Origin: Vulcanimicrobiota bacterium
GTDB taxonomy: Bacteria; Vulcanimicrobiota; Xenobia; Xenobiales; JADMJV01
DNA: 64,000 nucleotides
Direction: 5' to 3'
Assembly: GCA_050250895.1 (NCBI GenBank)
Contig: JBFWNU010000001.1
Location: 840,008-904,007 of the forward strand
Positions within the stretch are counted from its first letter, which is position 1. Each line of letters opens with the position of its first letter. Position numbers and translations under genes: made by a program. This document shows, in pieces, positions 46,773-56,573 of this stretch. The notes under the pieces were generated by a model. It ran no database searches, was not told the DNA's origin, and saw only the letters and a program-made list of their open reading frames with translations.

Positions 46773-48748
46773 GCCGCCTGGAACTGGCCGTGGTAGCCTG
46801 CGGACTGGTGGCCTTCGGCGTAGTGGCCGGTCCCATCTGGCAAAGCGCCGCCACGGTCCTGCTGGGGCTGCTAGCCATCGGTCTGCACGCAAGTCTGGAA
46901 ATCCCGCGCTTCGGTCTCTTGCTGGCCGGCCTGGGGCTGGCCCTGGTCAACTTCTTCCGCACGCCCACCGAACTGCCCGAGGGTTGCTCCTTCGTGGGGC
47001 CGGCCAGCCTGGTGGTAGCGTTCTATATGGTGCTGCTCACTCTGCTGGGCGTCATCCGGCGCAACGCCAGGTCAGAGCGACTGGTGGTGCTGGCGGGGGC
47101 GGTGGCCATCAGCATCGCCAGCGGCATGACCACCAGGTTCTTTCCCTTCGTGGTGGTGGTGCTCGCCCAGGCCGTGTTGCTGGCGCTGGCCCTGCGTCAC
47201 TATCGCGGTCTGCCCTTTCGCCCGGGCACCTTGTTGGCCTTCCTTCCGGCCATGCTCCTGGCCGGGGGTCTGGCCGTTTCCCTCAAGTGGTCTGATGGTC
47301 AACTCAACAGCTGGGTCGGGCTTTTCTCGTCGGCCGTTTCGGTATCGGCTCGCTTTCCGGCCACGGCCAAGTTGACAGCCATCCAGAGCCTGCAGGGCAG
47401 CGACGGCATCGTGATGAGAGTCTTCTCGGACAAGCCCCCAGAGTACCTGGCCGGTCGTTGCTATACCCTGTTCACCGGCGATAGCTGGGAGTGGAAATCC
47501 GAACAACGCGGCAGCCATCCTGAACCCGGCCTGACGCTAACGGGCATCACGCCCGAAATGCAGGTCTATCAGGTGGTGGCCGAGGTCGAACCGGAGCGGG
47601 TCGACCGCTACGAATTTCCCGGGGGGCGCTACGCCGGAGCCACGCTCTTCACCCCGCGCGACATGGTCCGACTGGCCATCGAGGTAGGAGGACTGAAGAT
47701 CTATCGCGGGGAGATCTATCAGTTGCTGGCCGCCGACGCCTTTTCGGGCACCTATTACGTGGGGCGCAACCCCGCCTATCATCACCAAGAGAAACTCACG
47801 CCCGAGCTCCGTGAGGCCTATCTCCAATTGCCCAAAGCGCTACCGCCGGTGGTAGGACGGTTGGCCCAGGAGGTGGCCGGCCGCCAACCGGATCTGGCCG
47901 CGGCGGCCACCCTCGAGAAGTATCTGCAAGAGAACTTTCAGTACGGATTCGACTATCCGTTCGACTCCGGCAGAAATGCCCTGGAGCAGTTCTTGACCGA
48001 ACGCCCGCCCGCCCACTGCGAATTCTTCGCCACCTCGCTGACCATGATGCTGCGCACTCGCGGCATCCCGGCTCGCTACGTCACCGGCTTTCTGGTGCGC
48101 GAAGAGAGCCCCTGGGGGGGGTATCACGTGGTGCGAGTAAAACACGCCCACGCCTGGGTCGAAGCCCATCTGGGAGGGGAATGGGTCCGCTTTGATCCCA
48201 CCCCTCCCGGCGCCCTACCTGAGCCGGGGGCCTTCGAGTCTTTCTATCACGGCCTGCTGGAGTACATGGCCTACCAGTGGCGCCGCTTTCGCTCTTTTCT
48301 GTCGCTCTCGCCGATGGCCATGGCGCGGGCTCTTTTGGCCCGCTTGAGCGGGGCGGGGCGGTGGTTGACCGCCAACCCGTGGGTGGTCCTGTTGGCCCTC
48401 GGCCTGGGGGCGGGGTGGCTGGGTCGGGGGAGACTGGCCGATTGGTTCGCCTCCTGGGGCGGGAAACCACGCTGCGAGCCTACCACCCCGGACCCGCTGG
48501 GACTGCAACTGTTCGAGTTCGAAAAGCTCATGGCCGCGGCCGGACTGCCTCGCCCTCCCCATCTGACCCTGCTGGAATGGTCGGGCGGCTGGGCCCACCA
48601 GGACGAAGAGGCTCTGGCTCTGGCCAGACAATGGGTCGACTCTTTCTGCCGGGCGCGCTACGGCTTCGCCCCGCCGGAGCCTCAGCTCGAGCAACTGCTA
48701 GAGCAACTCTCCAAGAGGAACTGGGACAACTCCGCGAGAACGCGGTGA
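46769..48748 (+). CDS. Membrane transglutaminase-like protein (TgpA-type)
   Basis: Multiple TM helices; HCEFFAT, ARYVTGF, HAWVE and FDPTP triad motifs. Confidence 0.87.
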   Translation: MSRLELAVVACGLVAFGVVAGPIWQSAATVLLGLLAIGLHASLEIPRFGLLLAGLGLALVNFFRTPTELPEGCSFVGPASLVVAFYMVLLTLLGVIRRNARSERLVVLAGAVAISIASGMTTRFFPFVVVVLAQAVLLALALRHYRGLPFRPGTLLAFLPAMLLAGGLAVSLKWSDGQLNSWVGLFSSAVSVSARFPATAKLTAIQSLQGSDGIVMRVFSDKPPEYLAGRCYTLFTGDSWEWKSEQRGSHPEPGLTLTGITPEMQVYQVVAEVEPERVDRYEFPGGRYAGATLFTPRDMVRLAIEVGGLKIYRGEIYQLLAADAFSGTYYVGRNPAYHHQEKLTPELREAYLQLPKALPPVVGRLAQEVAGRQPDLAAAATLEKYLQENFQYGFDYPFDSGRNALEQFLTERPPAHCEFFATSLTMMLRTRGIPARYVTGFLVREESPWGGYHVVRVKHAHAWVEAHLGGEWVRFDPTPPGALPEPGAFESFYHGLLEYMAYQWRRFRSFLSLSPMAMARALLARLSGAGRWLTANPWVVLLALGLGAGWLGRGRLADWFASWGGKPRCEPTTPDPLGLQLFEFEKLMAAAGLPRPPHLTLLEWSGGWAHQDEEALALARQWVDSFCRARYGFAPPEPQLEQLLEQLSKRNWDNSARTR

Positions 48749-48763
48749 TTCCCGGAGGTTAAG

Positions 48764-51382
48764 ATGGCAGAGATTCCCAACAAATACCAGCACCAGAAAT
48801 TTGAACCGCGCTGGAACGAGCAATGGAAGGATTGGGGGATCTATCACTGGGACCCCAACCGTCCCCGCGAAGAGACGTTCGTGGTCGACTCGCCCCCACC
48901 CACCGTCTCGGGCTCTCTGCATGTCGGTCACGTTTTCAGCTATACCCATCAAGACCTGCTCGCCCGCTATCAGCGGATGCAGGGTCGCAACATCTGCTAT
49001 CCGATGGGCTGGGACGACAACGGTCTGCCCACCGAGCGACGGGTGCAGAACCTATTCCGGGCGCGTTGCAACCCGCATCTGCCCTATGACCCCAACTGGA
49101 AGGCCGAACGCCGCAAGAAGGGTCCCGTCGAAGAGATTTCACGCCGCAACTTCATCGAAGCGTGCGCCACCGTGACCGAAGAAGACGAGCGAGCCTTCGA
49201 GGACCTGTGGCGCTCGCTCGGCCTATCGATCGATTGGACGCTGCAATACGCCACCATCGATGAGCACTGCCGCAAGATATCCCAAGCCTCGTTCCTGGAA
49301 CTGGTAGAGAAAGGTCAGGCCTACTCCACCGAAGCCCCCACCATGTGGGATGTCGACTTCCAAACGGCGGTCGCCCAGGCCGAAGTCGAGGATCGGGTCC
49401 GACCCGGAGCCTTTCACGATATTCGTTTTCTGGTGGAAGGGGGAGGCGACTTCGTCATTACCACCACCCGACCCGAGTTGCTGGCCGCCTGCATCGCGGT
49501 GGTGGCCCACCCCGATGACGAGCGCTATCAGGGCCTCTTCGGCAAACACGCCATCACGCCGTTGTTTGGTGCTCGCGTGCCCATCATGCCGGCCGAGCAC
49601 GCCGATCCCGAAAAGGGAACCGGCATTCTCATGGTGTGTACCTTCGGCGACTCCACCGATGTCGAATTCTGGAAGCACTCCGACCTGCCCATCAAGCAGA
49701 TCATCGGACGCAACGGAACGTTGCTCGAAGCCACTTTCGGCAAGGCCCCTTTCGACAGCACCGATGCGGCCAAAGCCCAGCACAACTACGATCAACTGGT
49801 GGGCTTGGCGGTCAAACAAGCCAAGGCTCGCACGGTCGAGTTGCTGGCCCAGGACGTCGACAGCGCCGGCGACTGCCCGCTTCAAGCCGAGCCTCGCGCG
49901 GTCGAACATCCGGTCAAGTTCTACGAAAAGGGCGACCGGCCCCTCGAGTTCGTGCCCACCCGCCAGTGGTTCGTTCGCCTGCTCGAGCACCGTGAGGCCC
50001 TCAAAGAGCAGGGACGCAAGATTCAGTGGCATCCGGCCCACATGGAAACCCGTTACCAGCACTGGGTCGACGGCCTCAACCTGGACTGGTGCGTCAGTCG
50101 CCAGCGCTATTTCGGCGTGCCTTTTCCGGTCTGGTATCCCCTCGACAACAACGGTGAACCGCTGTACGACCAGCCGATCTTCGCCGAGCGCGACCAACTG
50201 CCCGTCGACCCGCTCTCGCAGACGCCTCCCGGCTATGGCGAAGAGCAGCGTGGCGTACCCGGCGGTTTCGCGGGTGACCCCGACGTAATGGATACCTGGG
50301 CCACCTCGTCGATGACCCCGCAGATCGTCAGTCACTGGGGCCTCGACCCGGCCCGTCACGAAAAGCTCTTCCCCATGGACATCCGACCCCAGTCCCACGA
50401 GATCATCCGCACCTGGGCCTTCTACACTATCGTGAAGGCCTGGATGCACCATAACGAAATCCCCTGGAAGCATGTGGTCATCAGTGGCTGGATTCTCGAC
50501 CCCGACCGCAAGAAGATGAGCAAGTCGGTGGGCAACGTGATCACCCCCCACCACCTGCTCGAAGAGTATTCAGCCGACGGAGTCCGCTATTGGGCCTCAC
50601 GGGCTCGCCTGGGCGCCGACACCGCCTTTGACGAAAGCGTGCTCAAGGTCGGCAAGCGCCTGTGCACCAAACTGTTCAACGCCAGTCGCTTCGTGATCGG
50701 TCAGCTCGATCGGGTCGAGTTCAAAGAATTGCGCGTGGCCGACATCACCGAGCCCGTCGACCGGGCCCTGGTGGGCAGGCTTCGCAAGACCATCGAAGAG
50801 GCTACCCGCTCCTTTGACAAGTTTGACTATGCGGGCGCGCTGGAGGCCACCGAGAAAGAGTTCTGGGCCTTCTGCAACGACTATCTGGAATTGGTCAAAC
50901 GCCGCTCCTATGAAGACGAGGACAGCGCCGGCCGGCGCTCGGCGGTGGCCACCCTGGCCCTGGCCCTACGGACGTTCTTGCGCTTGTTCGCCCCGTTTGT
51001 TCCGTTTATCACCGAAGAGATCTGGTCGTGGCGCTTTGCCGATGCCAACCAACCGTCAATCCATAAAGCGCCCTGGCCCAGCCTGGCCGAAAGCGATCAG
51101 GTCGAGGCGGGCGATTCCAGCCTCTACGACGGTGCCGTCGAGGTCCTCTCCAAGATCCGCTCAGCCAAGACCGAGGCCAAACGCAACCTGCGCTGGCCCG
51201 TGGTCGAGCTGGTGCTGGTGGGCCCCAAAGCCAATTACCAGGCGGTCGAGGCGGCCCTCAATGATGTCCTCGAAGCGGGGGCGGCCGGCGGCAGCACCGT
51301 GCGCCACGAAGACGGCGAGGCCCCGGCGGGAGAGAAGTTCGAGGTTCGGGTAGTGCTGGGCGAAGAGGTGGCCTCGAGCTGA
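48764..51382 (+). CDS. valS: Valine--tRNA ligase
   Basis: DSPPPTVSGSLHVGH, DWCVSRQRYFG, DTWATSS and KMSKS. Confidence 0.95.
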   Translation: MAEIPNKYQHQKFEPRWNEQWKDWGIYHWDPNRPREETFVVDSPPPTVSGSLHVGHVFSYTHQDLLARYQRMQGRNICYPMGWDDNGLPTERRVQNLFRARCNPHLPYDPNWKAERRKKGPVEEISRRNFIEACATVTEEDERAFEDLWRSLGLSIDWTLQYATIDEHCRKISQASFLELVEKGQAYSTEAPTMWDVDFQTAVAQAEVEDRVRPGAFHDIRFLVEGGGDFVITTTRPELLAACIAVVAHPDDERYQGLFGKHAITPLFGARVPIMPAEHADPEKGTGILMVCTFGDSTDVEFWKHSDLPIKQIIGRNGTLLEATFGKAPFDSTDAAKAQHNYDQLVGLAVKQAKARTVELLAQDVDSAGDCPLQAEPRAVEHPVKFYEKGDRPLEFVPTRQWFVRLLEHREALKEQGRKIQWHPAHMETRYQHWVDGLNLDWCVSRQRYFGVPFPVWYPLDNNGEPLYDQPIFAERDQLPVDPLSQTPPGYGEEQRGVPGGFAGDPDVMDTWATSSMTPQIVSHWGLDPARHEKLFPMDIRPQSHEIIRTWAFYTIVKAWMHHNEIPWKHVVISGWILDPDRKKMSKSVGNVITPHHLLEEYSADGVRYWASRARLGADTAFDESVLKVGKRLCTKLFNASRFVIGQLDRVEFKELRVADITEPVDRALVGRLRKTIEEATRSFDKFDYAGALEATEKEFWAFCNDYLELVKRRSYEDEDSAGRRSAVATLALALRTFLRLFAPFVPFITEEIWSWRFADANQPSIHKAPWPSLAESDQVEAGDSSLYDGAVEVLSKIRSAKTEAKRNLRWPVVELVLVGPKANYQAVEAALNDVLEAGAAGGSTVRHEDGEAPAGEKFEVRVVLGEEVASS

Positions 51383-52062
51383 TCGACTGGCAGGCCAAAC
51401 AAGACGCCCTGACGGCCTTCTTGCGCGAGCACAAGGTCGAACGGGCCCCTTATCGCTACAACCTCGACCAGCAGCTGATCTTCTGGCTCGACCCCCAAGA
51501 ACGACCGGTGGTCGTGGCCGACTGCAGGGCGATCCTCAGCTATGCGCTGTCGAACAACTCGGTGCTCATGGGCTGGGGCTGGCCCAATAGTTCGTGGGAA
51601 CAGGGCCACACCATCGCGCCTGTCGAGGGGATCGAGACCTATCAGCGCGACCTCACCCCCGAGAAGGTCTGGACCCTGGCCATGCAGGCGGGCGAGGCGG
51701 CGGCAGCCGACGCTCTGTTCAAAGCTCCTAATCCCCAGCGCTGGGTGATGCTGGCTCTGTGGAACCTGCGTCCCGCCGGCTCGGCTCGATTCGAGCCCGA
51801 GAACCCCACCGGCTATGTGCTCTCGGTGCTCGACAGCCTGCCTCGCCAGGCCGACCCTGAGCAACGCAAGGTCCTGGTTGGCAATTATGCCCGCGATTTT
51901 CTGCACATGGCCGAAAATGCCCATCGCCAGCCGCCTTTCGCCGAGATGCTCAAGGCCAGCGCCCACCAGATGCTGGGCTGGCTAGAAAGCGAGCAGTGGG
52001 AAGATCGCATGCAAGCCGAACTCGAGGGACTCAGAACCCCTTGGGAGCGCTCCTCGAGCTAA
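51379..52062 (+). CDS. Hypothetical protein (DUF6882-like N-terminal domain); probable CTG start
   Basis: In-frame extension IDWQAKQDAL matches WRGKQAQL of the 6292 paralogue. Confidence 0.6.
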   Translation: MIDWQAKQDALTAFLREHKVERAPYRYNLDQQLIFWLDPQERPVVVADCRAILSYALSNNSVLMGWGWPNSSWEQGHTIAPVEGIETYQRDLTPEKVWTLAMQAGEAAAADALFKAPNPQRWVMLALWNLRPAGSARFEPENPTGYVLSVLDSLPRQADPEQRKVLVGNYARDFLHMAENAHRQPPFAEMLKASAHQMLGWLESEQWEDRMQAELEGLRTPWERSSS

Positions 52063-52186
52063 CTACGGGATCGCAGGTCGTGGGGGCGCGGCGCGTGGTC
52101 GAAGCGCAGGTCGGTGTGGCTCACCAGTGGGGCGGATCTGGCACCGGCACCACCTGGCATGCGGCGTCTTGAACTACGGTGGAACG

Positions 52187-52283
52187 ACCTTCCAGCCGCA
52201 CCGGCCTCAACCATGAAAATCGCTAGAGAGCCTACTCCCCCAAACTCTGCAACCCCTCCGCGAACTCAGCGTCCTCCGCGGTT
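52187..52283. repeat. Third, diverged copy of the 42.7-kb intergenic repeat
   Basis: TCCAGCCGCACCGGCCTCAACCATGAAAATCGCTAGAGAGCCTACTCCCC...CCCCTCCGCG...CCGCGGTT. Confidence 0.8.
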
Positions 52284-52319
52284 TATACCTCAAGCAAGCG
52301 CCCACGTTGTGTGATCGAG

Positions 52320-53093
52320 CTAGTTAGCTTTGGGGCGGGCTTCGATGTCGAAGTCTTCGAGGGTGGCGAAGCGTCGCTGGCCTACCTGGCCCGAAATGGC
52401 CGAGTCGATGAAGACCTCGACCCGTTCGCGACAATAGGTATCGAGGTTGGTGAATTCCATCCCGATGAGGTACTGCCCAAAGGCGTTCTCTTTCTGCCAG
52501 GACACTCGAGCCGTGACATCGATGGGTGGCTTGTCGTATTCGAGTAAGATCCGAAACGGAATATCGAGGTCCTCCGGCAAGGGAAACTCGTGGTTGATTC
52601 GCATGCCGGTAGTCGACAGGTCGAGGGTGAAAACGCCAAATTTTTGCTTGGTCGAGCCCAAGACCATCTCGACCACGAGAATACGCTCGAGTCGAAAAGC
52701 GCGCCGCTTGTTCTCGGGCGAGTAGCGCTCGAGAAAGCTCTTGAGGCGACTGGTGTCTTCGTCGCTGATGCCCTCGAACCGAAGCCCCAGCACGTGCATG
52801 CCGCCGATTAGCTCTTTGGCCCAGATGCGCTTGACCTGGACTTCGAGCTGCTCGTCGAGATGGAGCTTGAGCGGCACCGTAATCTCTTCGGGAAAATTGA
52901 AGTCGGTGTGAATGCGCATGCCACCTTCACTGAGGTCGTGAATGTGCACAAAGCAATGCTGCGAGGCACCATCGACGGTGACCTCGGCCGCAAAAATCTT
53001 CTTGACTTTGATCTTGCGTCGGGCGAGTTGCCGGCGTTCGTCGTCGTCTTCGTCTTCGACGAGGGAGCCGATCAAGTTGTCTGGTTCTGTCAT
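52320..53093 (-). CDS. Tandem PilZ-domain protein
   Basis: ERRQLAR...DLSEGG and KRRAFR...DLSTTG. Confidence 0.82.
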   Translation of the reverse strand: MTEPDNLIGSLVEDEDDDERRQLARRKIKVKKIFAAEVTVDGASQHCFVHIHDLSEGGMRIHTDFNFPEEITVPLKLHLDEQLEVQVKRIWAKELIGGMHVLGLRFEGISDEDTSRLKSFLERYSPENKRRAFRLERILVVEMVLGSTKQKFGVFTLDLSTTGMRINHEFPLPEDLDIPFRILLEYDKPPIDVTARVSWQKENAFGQYLIGMEFTNLDTYCRERVEVFIDSAISGQVGQRRFATLEDFDIEARPKAN

Positions 53094-53219
53094 AACAGTC
53101 CCCCGAACTATGCGGCAGGGTTCGCGAAGCCAATCCTGAGTTCCTGGCCAAAGGGAGCATCTGAGGGCCTGCCGAAACCTTTTAGATTGCTATCTGTTCG
53201 ACCCTTGGAGGTCTCCCTG

Positions 53220-53600
53220 TTGAAAAGAATCACGACCGTCGCGCTGTTGCTGTGCATCCTGGTGGCTCCAGCCCTGGCTCTGGAAGATATCAACGAGCCC
53301 GGCAAGAAGACCAGTGTCAAGCAACACTTCGAAGAAGGCAAGAAGACCATGGTCTTCTTTTACGCCCGCTGGGACAAAACCGCCAACCGTCTTCAGGTCG
53401 AACTCGACCGGTTCGACAAAGTCGACGAAGAGTGGAAAATCCTACGCGTTCGATTGAAAACCCTCAAGGATCCGGTGGCCGGCCAGTATGCTATCAGCCA
53501 GGTACCTGCGTTTCTCCTCTACGACGAAAAGGGCAATCTGATGGCCCAGGGCGCTACGGCCTATAGCGAAGTCCTCAAAATGCTCGAAGCTAATCGATGA
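53220..53600 (+). CDS. Secreted thioredoxin-fold protein lacking CxxC
   Basis: TTG start after GGAGG; signal peptide; FFYARWDKTA and cis-Pro-like VPAFLLYD. Confidence 0.65.
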   Translation: MKRITTVALLLCILVAPALALEDINEPGKKTSVKQHFEEGKKTMVFFYARWDKTANRLQVELDRFDKVDEEWKILRVRLKTLKDPVAGQYAISQVPAFLLYDEKGNLMAQGATAYSEVLKMLEANR

Positions 53601-54763
53601 CCGAACTGGCCAGTTGGCGCGCCGACACCCCCGGCTGCGCCCAGGTAGCCCATTTCAACAACGCCGGAGCAGCCTTGATGCCTGGTCCCGTCATTCGGGC
53701 GGTAAACGAGCATCTACAGCTGGAAGCCGAGCGCGGGGGGTACGAGGCGGCCCGTCGCCACCACGACCGACTCGAAGCGGTCTATGACTCGGTGGCCCGT
53801 CTTCTGGGCTGTGCACGCCACCAGGTGGCCCTGCTCGAAAATGCCACCCGCGCCTGGGACACGGTGTTCTATTCGCTGCCGCTGCGAGCGGGCGACCGCA
53901 TCCTCACCTCGGTCTCCGAGTATGCCAGCAACTACATCGCCTTTCTCCAGCGCGCCCGCCACACCGGAGCGTGCATCGAGGTCGTTCCCAACGACCGTCA
54001 CGGGCAACTCGACCTGGCCGCCCTGGCCGAGATGCTCGATGAGCGGGTTGTGCTAGTGGCCGTCAACCATGTTCCCACCAACAGCGGGTTGGTTCAACCG
54101 GCCGCGGCGATTGGTGCTCTGCTGGCCGACCATCCCGCCCTTTACCTTCTGGATGCCTGCCAATCGGTAGGCCAGATGCCCACCCAGGTGGACGATCTCG
54201 GCTGCGATTTTCTCTCGGCTACCAGCCGAAAATATCTGCGAGGCCCGCGAGGGGTTGGCTTTCTGTATGTCCGCCGACCGGCAGCCCTCGAGCCGGCCGT
54301 GTTGGACCTGCATGCAGCCCAGTGGACCGCGCCCCAAAGCTATACCATCCGAGAGGACGCGCGACGGTTCGAGACCTGGGAGGGATTCGTAGCCGGACGC
54401 CTGGGGTTGGGGGCGGCCGTCGACTACGCTCTCGAAGTGGGCCTGAAGCGAGCTTGGGCGCGCCTGTCGCGATTGGCCGAGCAACTCCGGAGCAAGCTGT
54501 CGCAGATAGAAGGAATTACCTTGACCGACTACGGCGAGAGACTGGGCGGAATCGTGACGTTCACTTGCGGTCTGGCTGCCGACGACCTCCGGGACCGCCT
54601 CGAGCGAGAAAACATCAATGTGTCGACCTGTTCTAACTTCTCCGCTCGCCTGGACATGGAGGGCAAAGGACTAGAAAGAGTAGTGCGGGCCTCGGTGCAT
54701 TACTACAACAGCGAGGACGAAATCGACCGATTGGCTCAAACTCTGAGTTTGCTCAGGGCCTGA
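53597..54763 (+). CDS. Class V PLP-dependent enzyme (cysteine desulfurase / C-S lyase-like)
   Basis: HFNNAGA, LDACQSVG, ATSRKYLRGPRG and RASVHYYN. Confidence 0.87.
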   Translation: MTELASWRADTPGCAQVAHFNNAGAALMPGPVIRAVNEHLQLEAERGGYEAARRHHDRLEAVYDSVARLLGCARHQVALLENATRAWDTVFYSLPLRAGDRILTSVSEYASNYIAFLQRARHTGACIEVVPNDRHGQLDLAALAEMLDERVVLVAVNHVPTNSGLVQPAAAIGALLADHPALYLLDACQSVGQMPTQVDDLGCDFLSATSRKYLRGPRGVGFLYVRRPAALEPAVLDLHAAQWTAPQSYTIREDARRFETWEGFVAGRLGLGAAVDYALEVGLKRAWARLSRLAEQLRSKLSQIEGITLTDYGERLGGIVTFTCGLAADDLRDRLERENINVSTCSNFSARLDMEGKGLERVVRASVHYYNSEDEIDRLAQTLSLLRA

Positions 54764-55296
54764 CGGTGGCGGGGCCGCAAGCGCACCAATCGAACTCCGA
54801 GCTCGTAACCACCCTCAGAGGGCCGGCACCAGCGCACCTCTCCTCGGAGCTTAAGTTGACTGGAGGCGTCGAGATGCAACGAAAGCGGCACCAATACCCC
54901 TTCATCGACAGGCTCGCCGGCCTTGATGCGTAAGCCTTGGAGCGAGAAATCGCGGGCTTCCGCTATGCGACCCGGCAACTGCGCGGACGCCACCTTCAGA
55001 CTACACGGAATGCGGGGCACGGCCCGCCGCTCGGTCATCTGCTCTTGCAGAGATTGGCCCACAAACTCCCCACCCTGGCGTTCCTCAACCAGGAAAGTGC
55101 GCAGCGTCGAAGCCACGCCCTCGAAAGCCTTGACCCGACAAAAGCCGAGGCGGACTCTTCCCCTAATCACTCTGAACCGGACCCGGCCGCCGTCGGTTTC
55201 ATCGAGAATCTTGACGACCGGAACCAGAAAATCCCCAGTCCCTTCCATCTTGATAGTATAATCGGTTTGGTCAAATAGTTCAAATGTACCCCCCAA
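54736..55296 (-). CDS. PilZ-domain protein
   Basis: ERRAVPR...DFSLQG...GEVRWC...YELGVR; start uncertain. Confidence 0.65.
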   Translation of the reverse strand: MGGTFELFDQTDYTIKMEGTGDFLVPVVKILDETDGGRVRFRVIRGRVRLGFCRVKAFEGVASTLRTFLVEERQGGEFVGQSLQEQMTERRAVPRIPCSLKVASAQLPGRIAEARDFSLQGLRIKAGEPVDEGVLVPLSLHLDASSQLKLRGEVRWCRPSEGGYELGVRLVRLRPRHRQALSKLRV

Positions 55297-55433
55297 AATG
55301 GGAACTTGCGATCCGAAAAGCGCGTTGTTGAGGCCGTCAAGGAGGGATCGTTCTGTCAGAACGATAACTAGTGCACCCCCGTTACCACTACCGTGCCCGC
55401 CGCCAGGCAGGCTCAGGAAAGGAACTCAGCAAA

Positions 55434-56573
55434 GTGAAATTTCCCCCATTCGATCTCCAGCGCCTCTTGAAAACGGTCTTCGAGCCAGCCAAAGGCGAAA
55501 AGGTCTGTATTCTGATCGACCTGGACGACCCCACCAAAGTCCGCGATTTCGCCTTTCTGAAAGACTCTCGCTGGAGCGTCCAAAAGATGGCCCACGACCA
55601 CTTCTATCAGGGCCTGAAAAACGGGGCTGCCGAAGCTCTTGGTCTGACCGGAGGCGAGCTTTTCTGCTATGAGATGACCGGCGGCAGCAACCTCGACCTG
55701 CCGGACCGGGCCGTGGCCGTCGACGGCACCGAACTTAGCCTGGAGAAGGACATTTACCCCAACTACGACCTGATTCTCTGCATCTCGACCTATTCGGCCA
55801 CCGCTCCGCTGACCGCCTCGGCCAAGCAGCACGGCTTCCGCGGGGCGACCCTGCACGGACTCAACGACATCATTCTCAATTCGGGTCTGGCCGTCGACTA
55901 CAACCAGGTGAGCGAGCAAGCCGAGCGCCTGCGCAAAGGCATGTCGGGTGCTGACGCGGTCGAGATCGACACCAGCGTGAACGGCAAGACCTATACCGTT
56001 CGCATCGAGTTGGGCAAGCAAGAAGCCCAAAAGAGCCACGGTCTGTGCCGCACCGGGCCCGACATCGCCAACCTTCCGGCTGGCGAGGTCTACTTTGTTC
56101 CTACGGGAGGCGAGGGCCAATTCCCCTTCAAGCTCGAAGACGGCAGCCTGGCCCTGCTCGAGGTCGAGGGTGGACGCGTGGTCGAAGTCGGCTTCCTGTC
56201 TGGCGACCAGACCGAGGTCGAGTCCTTCCGCCAGCGAATCCTAACCGACCCTGCCACCGGCTTTTTGGGCGAGCTGGGCTTCGGCACTCAGGAACTGCCC
56301 GTTTCTGGCCAGGACATTCAAGACGAGAAGATCTTCGGTACCTTCCACCTGGCCACCGGACGCAACGACCACCTCGGCGGAGACATTACCACCGACAAGT
56401 TCGAAGAGAAGAAGAACGCTTCGCACGACGACATCCTCTTCTCGCGCGAGAAGACTCCCGAGATCGGCGCCCCCAAAGTGCGTATGTATCGGGGAGACTC
56501 GGTGCAGGTGCTCTACGAGAACTATGGAGCAGGAGAGTATCTGAAATCGCTGGCCCATGGCCAACCCGTATGA
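55434..56573 (+). CDS. Aminopeptidase-like protein (M29/thermophilic metalloprotease fold)
   Basis: NLPAGEVY, GELGFG, DEKIFGTFHLATG and HDD. Confidence 0.72.
   Translation: MKFPPFDLQRLLKTVFEPAKGEKVCILIDLDDPTKVRDFAFLKDSRWSVQKMAHDHFYQGLKNGAAEALGLTGGELFCYEMTGGSNLDLPDRAVAVDGTELSLEKDIYPNYDLILCISTYSATAPLTASAKQHGFRGATLHGLNDIILNSGLAVDYNQVSEQAERLRKGMSGADAVEIDTSVNGKTYTVRIELGKQEAQKSHGLCRTGPDIANLPAGEVYFVPTGGEGQFPFKLEDGSLALLEVEGGRVVEVGFLSGDQTEVESFRQRILTDPATGFLGELGFGTQELPVSGQDIQDEKIFGTFHLATGRNDHLGGDITTDKFEEKKNASHDDILFSREKTPEIGAPKVRMYRGDSVQVLYENYGAGEYLKSLAHGQPV

Noticed and set aside
44617-48748. moxR-DUF58-transglutaminase trio as a novel system
   Set aside because: A widespread, already described gene arrangement; the lhr-nei pairing was set aside for the same reason.
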